A DNA stretch of 64,000 bases, taken from contig CAVSIV010000001.1 in assembly GCA_963728205.1 (NCBI GenBank), positions 1,152,001 through 1,216,000 on the forward strand, in the 5' to 3' direction. Positions within the stretch are counted from its first letter, which is position 1. The number at the start of each line of letters is the position of its first letter. The notes below the pieces were generated by a model. That model was not told the DNA's origin and did not search any database. It was given only the letters and a program-made list of their open reading frames with translations. Of this stretch, positions 52,151-63,656 are shown piece by piece. The stretch comes from an uncultured Chloroflexia bacterium (GTDB lineage Bacteria > Chloroflexota > Dehalococcoidia > UBA2979). Made by a program: the position numbers and the translations under genes.

Positions 52151-53491
52151 ATGCTGATCGACGACCGTTCTCCCGTGACCTCCCTCAGCGAGTACCTCGA
52201 TCGCGGAGGCGGGAACGCATATATCCGCGCCCGCTCCATGCCGCCGGACGCGGTGATCGAGGAGCTCCGCGTGGCCGGGTTGAGGGGCCGCGGGGGTGCC
52301 GGCTTCCCGACCGCGATCAAGTGGCGGAGCATCCGCGACTCCGTCTGCGAGCGGAAGTTCGTCTGCTGTAACGCGGCTGAGGGCGAGCCCGGCACGTTCA
52401 AGGACCGCTTCCTGCTGCGGCACAACCCGTACCTCGTGCTCGAGGGCCTCGCGATCGCCGCGCAGGTGCTGGGCGCCGAGGCGGCGTACATGGCCACCAA
52501 GCAGTCGTTCACGCGCGAGCTCGAGGGCCTCGAGCGCGCGTACGCCGAGATGAAGGACGCGACGCCGATGATGGAGCGCGTCGAGATCGTGCGCGGGCCG
52601 GACGAGTACCTGTTCGGCGAGGAGAAGGCGTTGCTCGAGGTGGTGGAAGGCGGTTTGCCGCTTCCACGGGTCTTCCCGCCGTACATGCACGGCCTGTTCA
52701 CCGGGACGTACGGCGGTCCGGACGACCGCCACAACAACCCGACCGTCGTCAACAACGCCGAGACGCTCGCGCACGTCACGAACATCCTCGGTCGCGGGGT
52801 CCAGTGGTTCCGCGCGACCGGCACGGAGGCGACGCCCGGAACGACGATCTTCACCGTCTCCGGGGACGTGCGCCGGCCGACCGTGGTCGAGCTCCCGATG
52901 GGGACGTCGCTGCGGACGCTGATCGAGGAGCACGCCGGCGGCCCGGTCGGCCCGCCGATCAAGGCCGTGTTCCCGGGTGTCGCCGCGCCCGTGATCACGC
53001 CGGACATGCTCGACACGCCGCTCGACTTCGACGCGCTGCGCGCGGCCGGCTCCGGGCTGGGCTCCGGCGGGTTCGTGGTCTTCGACGAGAGCGCCTGCAT
53101 GGTGCGCGCGGCCTACCTCTTCTCGCACTTCCTCCACGTCGAGTCGTGCAACCAGTGCGCGCCGTGCAAGCTCGGATCGAGCGAGATCAGCAAGCGGCTG
53201 CGCGCGCTCCTCGCCGGCTCCGCGCACCGGCACGACTTCGAGGAGATCCATCAGATCGCGGGGTGGGTGACCGGCGGGCACCGCTGCGGGCTCGCCGTGT
53301 CGGAGCAGGTAGTGATGTCGAGCATCGTCGAGCGCCTGCCCGAGGACTTCGAGGCGCACCTCGAGCACCGGTGCACGCTCCGGCACGACCTCATCCTGCC
53401 GAAGCTGCTCGACTACGAGCCGGGTCGCGGGTTCACGTACGACGCAAACTATGCGCACAAGAAGACGGACTGGACCTACGCGCCGGCCTGA
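52151..53491 (+). CDS. stand-alone NuoF-like NADH-binding flavo-FeS protein
   Basis: 'GLRGRGGAGFPT', 'NAAEGEPGTFKDR', 'GEEKALL', 'ESCNQCAPC', 'RC'. Confidence 0.88.
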   Translation: MLIDDRSPVTSLSEYLDRGGGNAYIRARSMPPDAVIEELRVAGLRGRGGAGFPTAIKWRSIRDSVCERKFVCCNAAEGEPGTFKDRFLLRHNPYLVLEGLAIAAQVLGAEAAYMATKQSFTRELEGLERAYAEMKDATPMMERVEIVRGPDEYLFGEEKALLEVVEGGLPLPRVFPPYMHGLFTGTYGGPDDRHNNPTVVNNAETLAHVTNILGRGVQWFRATGTEATPGTTIFTVSGDVRRPTVVELPMGTSLRTLIEEHAGGPVGPPIKAVFPGVAAPVITPDMLDTPLDFDALRAAGSGLGSGGFVVFDESACMVRAAYLFSHFLHVESCNQCAPCKLGSSEISKRLRALLAGSAHRHDFEEIHQIAGWVTGGHRCGLAVSEQVVMSSIVERLPEDFEAHLEHRCTLRHDLILPKLLDYEPGRGFTYDANYAHKKTDWTYAPA

Positions 53492-53602
53492 CGGCCGCGA
53501 CCGGCGCCGCCGCCCCCGCGCGCCCGCCGCCACCGCAGCCGCGATCGACCACGGGAACTGGCCACTTCCGGAGTCGGCGACAGGCCCGAAGGATGCAGGC
53601 AG

Positions 53603-54286
53603 GTGATCGTGAACGTCAGCGAGCTGCTCGTCCGGTGCCTCGAGAACGAAGGCGTGCGCTACGTCTTCGGGGTGCCGGGCGAGGAGAACCTCGACTTCAT
53701 GGATGCGCTCTCGCGGAGCGAGCAGATCCGCTTCGTGCTCGCCCGCGACGAACGCGGCGCCGCCTTCATGGCGAACGTATACGGCCGGCTCGCCGGCGCC
53801 CCCGGCGTCTGCCTCGCCACGCTGGGCCCCGGCGCGACGAACCTCGTCACCGGGCTCGCCGACGCGACGCTCGACGGCGCGCCGGTGGTGGCGATCACCG
53901 GTCAGGTCGAGCTCCCCGCGCTCCACAAGGAGTCGCATCAGCTCCTCGACGTGCCGGCGCTGATGCGGCCGGTGACGAAATGGGGCGCCCGCATCGAGTT
54001 GCCCGAGACGGTGCCGGAAATCGTCCGCACCGCGTTCCGCCGTGCGCGTCTCGAGAAGCCCGGTGCCACGCACATCGAGCTGCCGGAAGACGTCGCGGCG
54101 CTCGCGGCAGACGGCGAGCCCCTGCCCGTGCGGCGCACCACGTACCCGGCCGTGCGCCCGGACACGGTCGCGCGCGCCGTCGCCGTGCTGCGCGACGCGC
54201 GGCACCCCGTCGTCCTGTGCGGCAACGGCGTGATCCGACGGCGCGCCGCGGATGCACTGCGCGCCTTCGCGCAGCATGTCGGCGTC
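53603..54286 (+). CDS. acetolactate synthase large subunit-like, 3'-truncated at the junction
   Basis: 'VFGVPGEEN', 'ATLGPGATN', 'ITGQ'; homology stops after about 228 aa. Confidence 0.85.
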
Positions 54287-54913
54287 CTCGGTCGGCACCA
54301 TCCGGTCGAGGAACTCGACGATCGTGACATCGACCCCGAAGTTCTTCATGACGTAGGCGAACTGACGCCGATCCGCCCGAGCCGGCGATGATGATCGAGC
54401 CGGGGAGGGTGTCGTCGAAGAATATGCTCCTCGTAGGTCACGACGTTCTGGCTGACCTGGACCCCCGGCACCATCCGGTCACCGAGCCCCGTGGCGATGA
54501 TGAGGTTGTCGAAGCTGATCGACCGTAACCCACCGTCGGTGACGCGACCTCCATCGTCGTCGGCGAGGTGAGCGTCCCCAGCCGTCGATCTCCTCGATCG
54601 AGTTCTTCTTCATGAGGTAGTGCACGCCCCGGACGATGTTCTCGGACACCTTGCGCGAGCGCGCGTGGGTGGGCCCGAAGGCCATCGTCGCGTCGCCCTC
54701 GATGCCGTAGAGGTCCTTCTCGTGCGCGAGCGTATGTGCGAGCTCGGCGTTGCGCAGGAGTGCCTTGGACGGGATGCACCCGACGTTGAGACACACCCCG
54801 CCCCAGTACTTCGCCTCGACGACCGCGGCCTTGAGGCCGAGCTGCGAGGCGCGGATCGCGGAGACATAGCCACCGGGACCGGCACCGAGAACGACAACAT
54901 CGAAGTCAGCCAT
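54278..54913 (-). CDS. lpdA: dihydrolipoamide dehydrogenase, 3'-truncated and frameshifted
   Basis: '[20 protein letters not shown]', '[18 protein letters not shown]', 'VEFLDRMVP'. Confidence 0.9.
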
Positions 54914-55092
54914 GCGGCCAACCATAGTCGCGGCAGTCGTGACGGCTGACCCGCGCCCGCGGGCCGGAAGCGAGGTCGGGCGGCATACCCGCCGGGTCCG
55001 GTCGGTCCGTCCGTCGCCGGACGGGGATCGGCAGCCGGAGCGACCCGGAACACCGGGAGGGCGGTGCCGCCCGGCGCGAGGAGCCGGCGGAC

Positions 55093-55512
55093 TCAGAGCG
55101 AGGGGAACCAGATGGCGATCTCGCGGGCGGCGGACTCGGGGCCGTCGGAGCCGTGCACGATGTTCTGCTGCACCGTGGTCCCCCAGTCCCGGCCGAGGTC
55201 GCCGCGGATCGTGCCGGCCGCGGCCGACGTGGGGTCGGTGGCCCGCGCAAGGGCCCGGAAGCCCTCGATGCACCGGTCGCCCTCGATGACGACGGCTGCC
55301 ACGGGGCCGGAGGCCATGAAGTCGAGAAGCGGCTCGTAGAACGGCTTGCCCTCGTGCTCGGCGTAGTGCCGGGCCAGAAGGTCGCGGGTCGGGGTGAGGA
55401 CCTGCAGGGCGAGCAGGCGGTATCCCTTGGCCTCGACCCGGCGCAGCACCTCGCCGGTGAGACCCCGGGCGAAACCGTCGGGCTTGACGAGGACGAGGCT
55501 GCGTTCGGTCAC
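55093..55512 (-). CDS. ndk: nucleoside diphosphate kinase
   Basis: '[11 protein letters not shown]', 'GTIRGD', 'NIVHGSD'. Confidence 0.95.
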   Translation of the reverse strand: MTERSLVLVKPDGFARGLTGEVLRRVEAKGYRLLALQVLTPTRDLLARHYAEHEGKPFYEPLLDFMASGPVAAVVIEGDRCIEGFRALARATDPTSAAAGTIRGDLGRDWGTTVQQNIVHGSDGPESAAREIAIWFPSL

Positions 55513-56000
55513 GCCGGCCAGCCTACCCAGAGTGCCGGACCGTCCTCGGGGGCCGACCCGGCGGCGTCGCGGGCGGCGACGAGGCGCTCGGCCCGGTACC
55601 CCTGGGCCATGAGAAGGAGCCACAGCCCGGTGAAGATGACCCCGACCCCGATCATCGCGGGAAGCAGGAGGGCGCCGAGCCAGGTGAGCACCTGGACGAC
55701 CCAGCCGACGGTGACGCCGTAGGGACGGCGCATCAGCCCGGCGGCGACGACGGAGAGCACGGCAAGGCCGGAGCCGAGCCAGAGGAGCGTCGACGGGCTG
55801 GTCCCGCCGTTCGCGTCGGCGAGTCCCCGGGCCAGGGTGGCCCCGAGGAAGATGGCCACCCCCTGGCCGACGAGGACGACGGCGAGCAGCCGCCAGGTGA
55901 ACGGCCCGAGGATGCCGTAGAGCGGAAACCGGCGCATGACGCCCAAGGGTATGCCGCCCCGACGGTCCGGATCGGTGCCGCTGCCGTCGTCAGTCGTCAT
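55509..56000 (-). CDS. DUF4233-like membrane protein
   Basis: Hydrophobic ORF between folC and ndk, as in actinobacterial synteny. Confidence 0.7.
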   Translation of the reverse strand: MTTDDGSGTDPDRRGGIPLGVMRRFPLYGILGPFTWRLLAVVLVGQGVAIFLGATLARGLADANGGTSPSTLLWLGSGLAVLSVVAAGLMRRPYGVTVGWVVQVLTWLGALLLPAMIGVGVIFTGLWLLLMAQGYRAERLVAARDAAGSAPEDGPALWVGWPA

Positions 56001-57388
56001 CCAGGCCGAGCAGCATCCGGACCTCGGCGGCGGTGACGACCGACCCGGTGGCGAGGACCCCACCGCTGACCCCGCCCTCGTCGGCGAGGCCGGCGGCGCG
56101 GTCGAGCGCGTCGGGCAGGTCGTCGACGACGGTGACCCGGTGCTCCCCGAAGATGTCCACGGCGATCTCGCCGAGCGCGGCGGGCGCATGGCCCGGGGCG
56201 AGGTCGTTCCGGGTCACGACGACCTCGTCGAGGACCGGCTCGAGGACCTCGAGCATGCGGCCGCGTCCTTGTCGGCGAGGATGGCGAGGACGCCGACGAG
56301 CCGGGCGAAGGTGAAGGAGTCGTCGCAGGGCGGCCCGCAGGGCCCGAGCCCCGGCCGGGTTGTGTGCGGCGTCGACGAGGACGGTCGGGCTGCGACGGAC
56401 GATCTCGAGCCGTCCCGGCGAGGTGGCCGTCGGCGAGGCCGGCACGAAGGACCTCGAGGTCGAGCGGCTGCTCGCCACCCCCGAGGAACGCCTCGACCGC
56501 CGCGACGGCGATGGCGGCGTTGCTGCGCCTGGTGCGCGCCGTGGAGCGGGAGGAACAGGTCGGCGTAGTCCGCCGGCCAGCCCGCGCACGGAGACCAGCT
56601 GGCCGCCGACCGCGACATCGCGGGCGAGGACGCCGAAGTCGATCCCCTCGACGGCGATCCGGGCCCGACCTCCTCGGCGCGGGCCGAGGAGGATCTCGGC
56701 GACGTCGCGGCTCCTGGACGCCGACGACGGCGATCGCGTCGGCCTTGATGATGCCGGCCTTCTCGGTGGCGATCTCGCCTCGAGTGCGTCGCCGAGGAAG
56801 TGGGTGTGGTCGATGGCGACCGGGGTGATGACCGAGACCGCGGCGTCGATGACGTTCGTCGCGTCCCACCGGCCGCCCATGCCCGACCTCGACGACGGCG
56901 ACGTCGACCGGGGCATCGGCGAACGCGGCATACGCGACGGCGACGAGCACCTCGAAGTAGGTCATCCGTGGACCGCCCTGAGCCACCGATGCGGCGTCGA
57001 CCAGTCTCGATGAACGGGATGACCTCGGCGTAGGCCGCGAGGAAGCGTTCCTCGTCGAGCCGGCTCCCCGGACAGGGCGATCCGCTCCCGCATGGAGTGC
57101 AGGTGGGGTGAGGTGAACCGCCCGGTGCGCAGGCCCATCTCGCGCAGGATCGCGTCGATGATCCGGGTCGTCGAGGTCTTGCCGTTCGTGCCGGTGAGAT
57201 GGATGGCGGGGAAGGTGCGCTGGGGTTCGCCGAGCAGGTCCATGACCGCCGCGATCCGGTCGAGGCGACGGCTGGAGGTCGTGCTCCGGCGCGCGAGCGA
57301 GGATCGCCTCCTCGGTCAGGCGCATCCTCCTGGTGAGGTCGAGGCGGCGTTCGGCCTCGCGTCGGGCAGCGTCGGGAGCGGGAGTCAC
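55990..57388 (-). CDS. folC: folylpolyglutamate synthase/dihydrofolate synthase, multiple frameshifts
   Basis: '[11 protein letters not shown]', 'FTSPHL', 'GGRWDATN', 'PGRLE', 'DAAHNP', 'TGSV'. Confidence 0.92.
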
Positions 57389-57483
57389 AGGGTCAATCCT
57401 GCATCAGGTCGGCGGGTTCCCCGGACGCACAGGTATGCCGCGACCCGCCCGCCCGAGGAGGTGAGGGTGGCGGGACGAGCACC

Positions 57484-60400
57484 TCAGGCCGTGGCCACCC
57501 GGATCCGCACCGGCAGCCGCTCCTCGCCGACCTCGGCCACCGACACGCCATCGCCGGAGGGGAGGTCGTCGAGGTTGACCAGGATGCCGAGATGCGTGGC
57601 CAGGGTCTCCCCCATGACGAGATCGCGGTGTGTGTGCACCGCGCGCTGCATGAGCTCGGCGCCGGCCACGGTGAGCGAGATCCGGTCGGTCACCTCCAGG
57701 CCGGCCTCCCGCCGCGCCTGCTGGACGCCGCGGACGAGGTCCCGCGCCACCCCTTCCAGGGCCAGCTCCGCGGTGACCTCGGTGTCGAGGACGACGAACC
57801 CGCCCCCGGGCAGCATCGCCGTCGCGTGGCTACCCGCAGCGGAGGGGTCGACGACCGTCTCGAGGGTGTACTCACCCGCGACGAGGGCGATCCCCCCCGG
57901 GAGGACCGACCCGTCATCGCCGATCGACCAGTCACCGGTCTTGCTGCCCCTGATGGCGACCTGGACCTCCTTGCCGAGCCGCGGCCCGGCGGCCCGGGCG
58001 TTGACGGTGAGCCGCTGGGTGATGCCGAAGTCGGACTCGTGCGCCGACGCGACGTCGAGCACCCGGACCGAGCGGACGTTGACCTCGTCGGCGACGATCC
58101 CGGCATACGCCTCGAAGGCGGCCGCACCGGAGGTCACCACCGTCAGCTCGCGTAGCGGCAGACGCACCCGCAGCCCCACGCCCTTGCGCAGCGAGGAGGC
58201 CACCGAGCACACCGAACGCACCTGGTCCATCGCCGCGACGAGGCCGTCGTCGGTCGGTAGCAGCGAGGCGTCCGGCCAGTCGGCGAGGTGGACCGACCGG
58301 TCGCCGGTCAGCCCACGCCAGATCTCCTCCGAGACGAGGGGCAGCAGGGGCGCGGTGACCCGGGTCAGCACCTCGAGGGTCGTGTACAGCGTGTCGAACG
58401 CCGCCCGCGTCGACCCGGTGGACGAGCCCCCCGAGGTGTCCCAGAACCGCTCCCGCGACCGTCGGATGTACCAGTTCGTCAGGACGTCGACGAAGGAGCG
58501 CACCGACTCCGACGCCCCCGGGATGTCATAGACGTCCAGCTGCCCGGTGACGGTGGCGACGAGGTCGTGGAGCTTGGCGAGCAGGTAGCGGTCGAGGGGG
58601 TCGCCCGAGTCCACCGACCAGCGGGCCTCATAGCCCGCTGACCCGTCGACCGAGAGTGCGTTGGCGTAGAGCGAGAAGAAGGACCAGCTGTTCCACAGCG
58701 GGATGATGACCTGACGGACGCCCTCGCGGATGCCCTCCTCGGTGACGATGAGGTTGCCGCCGCGCAGGATCGGTGAGGACATGAGGAACCAGCGCATCGC
58801 GTCGGCGCCGTCGCGGTTGAACACCTCGGTGACATCGGGGTAGTTGCGCAGCGACTTGCTCATCTTCTGCCCGTCGTTGCCGAGGACGATCCCGTGCGAG
58901 ACGCAGGACCGGAAGGCCGGCCGGTCGAACAGGGCCGTCGCGAGGATGTGCAGCGTGTAGAACCACCCCCGGGTCTGCCCGATGTACTCGACGATGAAGT
59001 CGCCCGGGAAGTGGTGCTCGAACCAGTCGGCGTTCTCGAACGGGTAGTGGACCTGGGCGAAGCTCATCGACCCCGAGTCGAACCACACGTCGAGGACGTC
59101 CTCGACCCGGCGCATCGTCGAGTTCCCTGTCGGGTCGTCGGGGTTCGGCCGGGTCAGCCGGTCGATGAACGGCCGGTGGAGGTCCGGCTCTCCCGCGTCG
59201 TTGACCGGCAGACGCCCGAAGTCCCGCTCCAGCTCCGCGAAGGACCCGTAGACGTCGATCCGCGGGTATGCCGGGTCGTCCGACCGCCAGACCGGGATCG
59301 GGCTGCCCCAGAACCGGTTCCGGGAGATCGACCAGTCGCGGGCGTTCTCGACCCACTTGCCGAACTGGCCGTCCTTGACGTGCTCGGGCACCCAGGTGAT
59401 CTCCTGGTTGAGCTCGCCCATCCGGTCCTTGATGGCCGTCACCTCGACGAACCAGCTCGACACCGCCATGTACATGAGCGGCTCGCGGCAGCGCCAGCAG
59501 TGCGGGTAGGAGTGCTCGTAGGTCTCCTTGCGGAGCAACACGGTGCCCTGGGTCGTCGAGCCGACCTCGGCCTCGCCGTGGAACCCGTCGACATAGGTGC
59601 GGTTCTTGAGGTGCTCGACGACGAGCGGGTTGGCGTCGAAGACATGCAGCCCCTCGTAGTCGGCGATGGGATACGGTGAACCGCCCGTCGGCGGCGACCG
59701 GGACGACCGGCGCGATGCCGTACTGGTCGGTCAGCAGCTTGTCGTCCTCACCGAACGCCGGAGCGATGTGGACCAGCCCCGAGCCGTCCTCGGTCGTCAC
59801 GTAGTCCGCGGGCAGGACGACGTGGCTGTTCGGGTGGCCGAGGTAGTAGGAGAACGGCGGCGTGTAGCGCCGGCCGACGAGATCCGAGCCCTTCATCCGG
59901 GCGACCACCCTGGCCGACAGCTCGTCATCGGTGAGCGAGGCGTCACCGAACAGCTCCGCGGCATACGTCCGCAACCGGGCCTCGGCGAGGATGTAGCGCT
60001 CGGGACGTCCCGCGTAGTCCGACTCGACGACGACGTAGTCGATGTCCGGGCCGACGGCCGTCGCGAGGTTGCTCGGCAGCGTCCACGGCGTCGTCGTCCA
60101 CACCAGGGCCAGCTCGCCGGACTCGAGCCGGCAGCCGACGGTGACCGCCGTGTCCTTGCGGATCCGGTAGGACTCCTCGTCCATCCGCAGCTCGTGCGTG
60201 GACAGCGGGGTCTGGTCGTTCCAGCAGTAGGGCAGCACCCGGAAGCCCTCATAGACCAGCCCCTTGTCGTAGAGCTGCTTGAAGGCCCACAGGACGCTCT
60301 CCATGAAGCTCGGGTTGAGCGTCTTGTAGTCGTTGTCGAAGTCGACCCACCGCGCCTGGCGGGTGACGTAGGACCGCCACTCGTCGGTGTACGTCATGAC

Positions 60401-60823
60401 CGACTCGCGGCACTTGGCGTTGAAGGTCTCGATCCCCAGCTCGAGGATCTCCTCCTTGGTCTTGATCCCGAGCTGGCTCATCGCCTCGAGCTCGGCCGGC
60501 AGGCCGTGGGTGTCCCACCCGAAACGCCGGTCGACCCGGTGCCCGCGCATCGTCTCGTAGCGGGGGACGATGTCCTTGACGTAGCCGGTGAGCAGGTGGC
60601 CGTAGTGCGGCAGGCCGTTGGCGAACGGCGGGCCGTCGTAGAAGACGAACTCGTTGCTGCCGTGCTCGCCCGCGGGCCGGTTCTCGACCGAGGCCCGGAA
60701 CGTGTCGTCGGCCGCCCAGTAGGCGAGCACCGCCTCCTCGATCTGCGGGAACCGCGGGCTGGAGGGGACGCCGAAGGCCGCGCCGGTGTGCTGGGCGGTC
60801 GTGGAGACCTTGGGGTAGGGCAT
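57484..60823 (-). CDS. ileS: isoleucyl-tRNA synthetase (IleRS2 type), frameshifted near 59670
   Basis: '[16 protein letters not shown]', '[11 protein letters not shown]', '[11 protein letters not shown]', 'KMSKS'. Confidence 0.95.
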
Positions 60824-60827
60824 CGGG

Positions 60828-61075
60828 GTACTCCTGCGGCGAGTCGGTCTTCTCGGGCCTGCCACGAGGACGACATCGCCGCCGGGGTATGCCGGTCGGC
60901 GGCACCGCGGTACCACCTCGCTTGCCGCACGTCGCCGCCTCGGGGGCCACGGCATACGACCGCTCGTTCGCGGGCTGTGACGGGCCCACCCGTCCGGGTC
61001 TAGTGAGCGGCTCCCGTCCGCCGGGTGCACGCCGTTCTTCCGGAGGCTCGCCGCTGATGACGGCTCGAACGCCTT
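60828..61075 (-). ncRNA. actinobacterial ileS translational T-box riboswitch
   Basis: Short stem I with ATC specifier (61058-61056), 'GAGCC.CCGGAAGAAC', 'GGCCCGTCACAGCC', T-box AAGCGAGGTGGTACCGCG (60923-60906). Confidence 0.9.
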
Positions 61076-61149
61076 TCGGCGCAGGAGTCTACCGGCCCGC
61101 GCCGACCGGTCCGACCGGGTCTCGGGCCGGGAGTAGAGTTGCCGGCAGC

Positions 61150-61262
61150 CGCCTCCGAGGCGGCACCACACGCGCGAGCGAGGGGAAGCCGGTCCAAGTC
61201 CGGCGCTGACCCGCAACCGTAGGCCATCGCGAGGTGGCGAGCCGGAATGCCTCGGGAGCGCG
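61150..61262 (+). ncRNA. cobalamin riboswitch
   Basis: AGGGGAAGCCGGT...AGTCCGGCGCTGACCCGCAACCGTA...GAGCCGGA core. Confidence 0.85.
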
Positions 61263-61360
61263 AGCGGCTCCATCACACCGTCGAGGACTGCGGGACGGAG
61301 CCCGGCTCGCTGGGGTCCAGCGGTCGGGACGAACGTCACGAACCGCTCGGAAAGGGACCC

Positions 61361-62850
61361 ATGTCCACCGCTTCTGCCCGCATCGGCGCCGCCGTCTGCC
61401 GGCGTCCTGCTGGCCGCTCTCGCCCTCGCCCAGGCGGCGAGTGCCGACACCGCGTCCACCCCGACCGGGACGCCGACCACGTCGCCCACCCCGAGCCTGA
61501 CCCCGTCCTCCTCGCCCTCGCCCGCGGGCACGGCGACCCCGACGACCAGCGCGACGACCACACCCAGCACGACGACAACCAGCGCGGCCCCCACGCCATC
61601 GGGCCTGACGACCTCGTCGACACCGACGGGCTCGCCCACGCCGGCCGGAGGCGTCCGCCTCTCGGCACCGGCCCTGAGCGGCTCGACCCCTCAGCGGGCG
61701 GAGGACGCCGCAGCCTTCATCGCAGCGACCCTCGCCGCCGGGGGCGACCACTACGTCTACCCCGGCACGACCTACGTCGACGGCGGCAACACGATCGACG
61801 CGATCCTCGCGCTCGACGGCGCCGGGGTCGGCCAGCGCGAGGCGACCGCAGCGACGGATACCTCGCTGCCCACCTCGGCGAGCTACATCGGCACGGGCGG
61901 CGAGAGGTATGCCGGCGCGACCGCCAAAGCGCTCCTCGCCTTCGTCGCCCAGGGGCGGGACCCGCACGACGTCGGCGGAACGGATCTCGTCAGCACCCTC
62001 GAGGGGCTCGAGACGGTCAGCGGTCGCTTCTCCGACGTCGTCCGGGTACGGGGACTACTCGAACACGATCGGGCAGTCGCTGGCGCTCATCGCTCTGACG
62101 CGGGCGGGCGGCACGGTGTCCAGCCGGGCCGTGACCTTCCTCCTCGCGCAGCAGTGCCCGGACGGCGGGTTCCGGGCGACCCGCTGCGCAGGTCTGCGTG
62201 AGCGATCCCGACGCGACGGCGTTCGCCGTCCAGGCGCTTCTCGCCGTCGGGACGGCGAACCCAGCCACGTCGTGCGCGGCGGCCTCGGGCCTGGACTTCC
62301 TCGTCGGGCCCGGCAGGGGGCGGACGGCGGCATCGCGAGCGCGCAGAGCGCGGAGAACGCCAACACGACCGGCGTGGCGGCCCAGGCGTTCGCCGCCGGC
62401 GGTCGGGCCGCCGCGCTCTCCTCGGCCCAGAGCTTCATCGCCGGACTCCAGTACGACTGCTCCTACCAGGCCGCCCTGCGCGGGGGGATCGCGTTCACCG
62501 CGGCCGACCGGACCGGGACCGGCGCCACCGCCCCCGCCGACCGTGACCTGCGGGCGACCCCGCAGGCCGCGCTCGGTCTGGCCGCCGGGACCCTCGCCTG
62601 GGTGTCCGGGACCGATAACCCCCCAGGGACCACCGCGATGGTCTGCCCGGTCCGGCACGACGAGCCGCCTCGACCTCCCCCGATGCGACGACCCGGCCGA
62701 CCACGGCACTCGAGCCGTCGCCCCGGTTCGCTCGCCTACACCGGTGCTCCGGTGCTCGGACAGGTCCTCCTCGGCCTCGGCCTGCTCGGCACGGGTGGCG
62801 CTCTTCTCGTCACCGGGTCGCTGGTGCGCCGCCGCGGAGCGCACGCATGA
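61361..62850 (+). CDS. secreted prenyltransferase/squalene-oxidase-repeat surface protein, frameshifted
   Basis: S/T/P linker; '[12 protein letters not shown]', '[12 protein letters not shown]', 'NANTTG'; 'LAYTG' plus TM plus RRR sorting signal. Confidence 0.75.
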
Positions 62851-63644
62851 GCCGCCGCGGCGGTGCCGTGGCGCGGCCTGCTGGCCGGGTCGCTGCTCGC
62901 GGCCGCCCTGCCGGTGCTCGGTCCGACGGCTCCCGCCTCGGCCGCGGCCTGCACCGGGTCGACCGGGGTGACCGTCGTCGTCGACTCGTCGCATCGGAGT
63001 GCGCGCCCGGCGACCCGTCCAGCGGCCTCGACGCCCTCCACGCGACCGGCCACCGACGACGATGGTGGCCACCGCCCCCGGCGTTCCTGTGCCAGATCGA
63101 CGGGAAGCCGGCCTCCGACCCGTGCGTGCGCATCCCCCCAGCCAACGCCTACTGGAGCTTCTGGACGGCCAGGCGCGGCGGTCGGCTGGGTCTACACCGA
63201 CCTCGCCGTGACCGAGCCGACCTGGGCCCCCGGACCGTCGTCGGGTTCGCGTTCGGTGCGGGCGGCCCGCCGGCCGCCATCGCCCCGCCGGCCGCCGCGC
63301 CGACACCCAAGCCGAGCCCTCCAGGCGAGCACGCCGGCCGGCACGTCCCAGCGTGACGGCGACCCATCCGGCGACGAGCGACGCCCGGGCCGACCACGCG
63401 GCCGTCGAGCCCCGCCGCGGTGTCGAGCGCCGCCTCGTCGGCGACCCCGGCGACCGAGTCGGCGACGACGGTCGGCGCGAGCCCCACGGCCTCGAGCACC
63501 ACAGCCCCGCTCGACCGCACCCTGGCGGCGTCGGGCATCTCCCCGGTCGGCTCGTCCGGGCTGCTCCCGGTCGGCATCGGCATCGCGCTCCTCGCGGCGC
63601 TCGGCGCCGGGACGGCATACGCCATCCGCCGGCGCCGGGCCTGA
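62847..63644 (+). CDS. secreted DUF4430/SCO2322-like protein with C-terminal TM, frameshifted
   Basis: 'GVTVVVD', 'FLCQIDGKP', 'AYWSFW'. Confidence 0.6.
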
Positions 63645-63656
63645 CGGAGCGCCGCG

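Noticed and set aside
52031-54349. Long antisense ORFs here and at 17508, 27897 and 46521
   Set aside because: They are shadow frames of high-GC genes on the opposite strand
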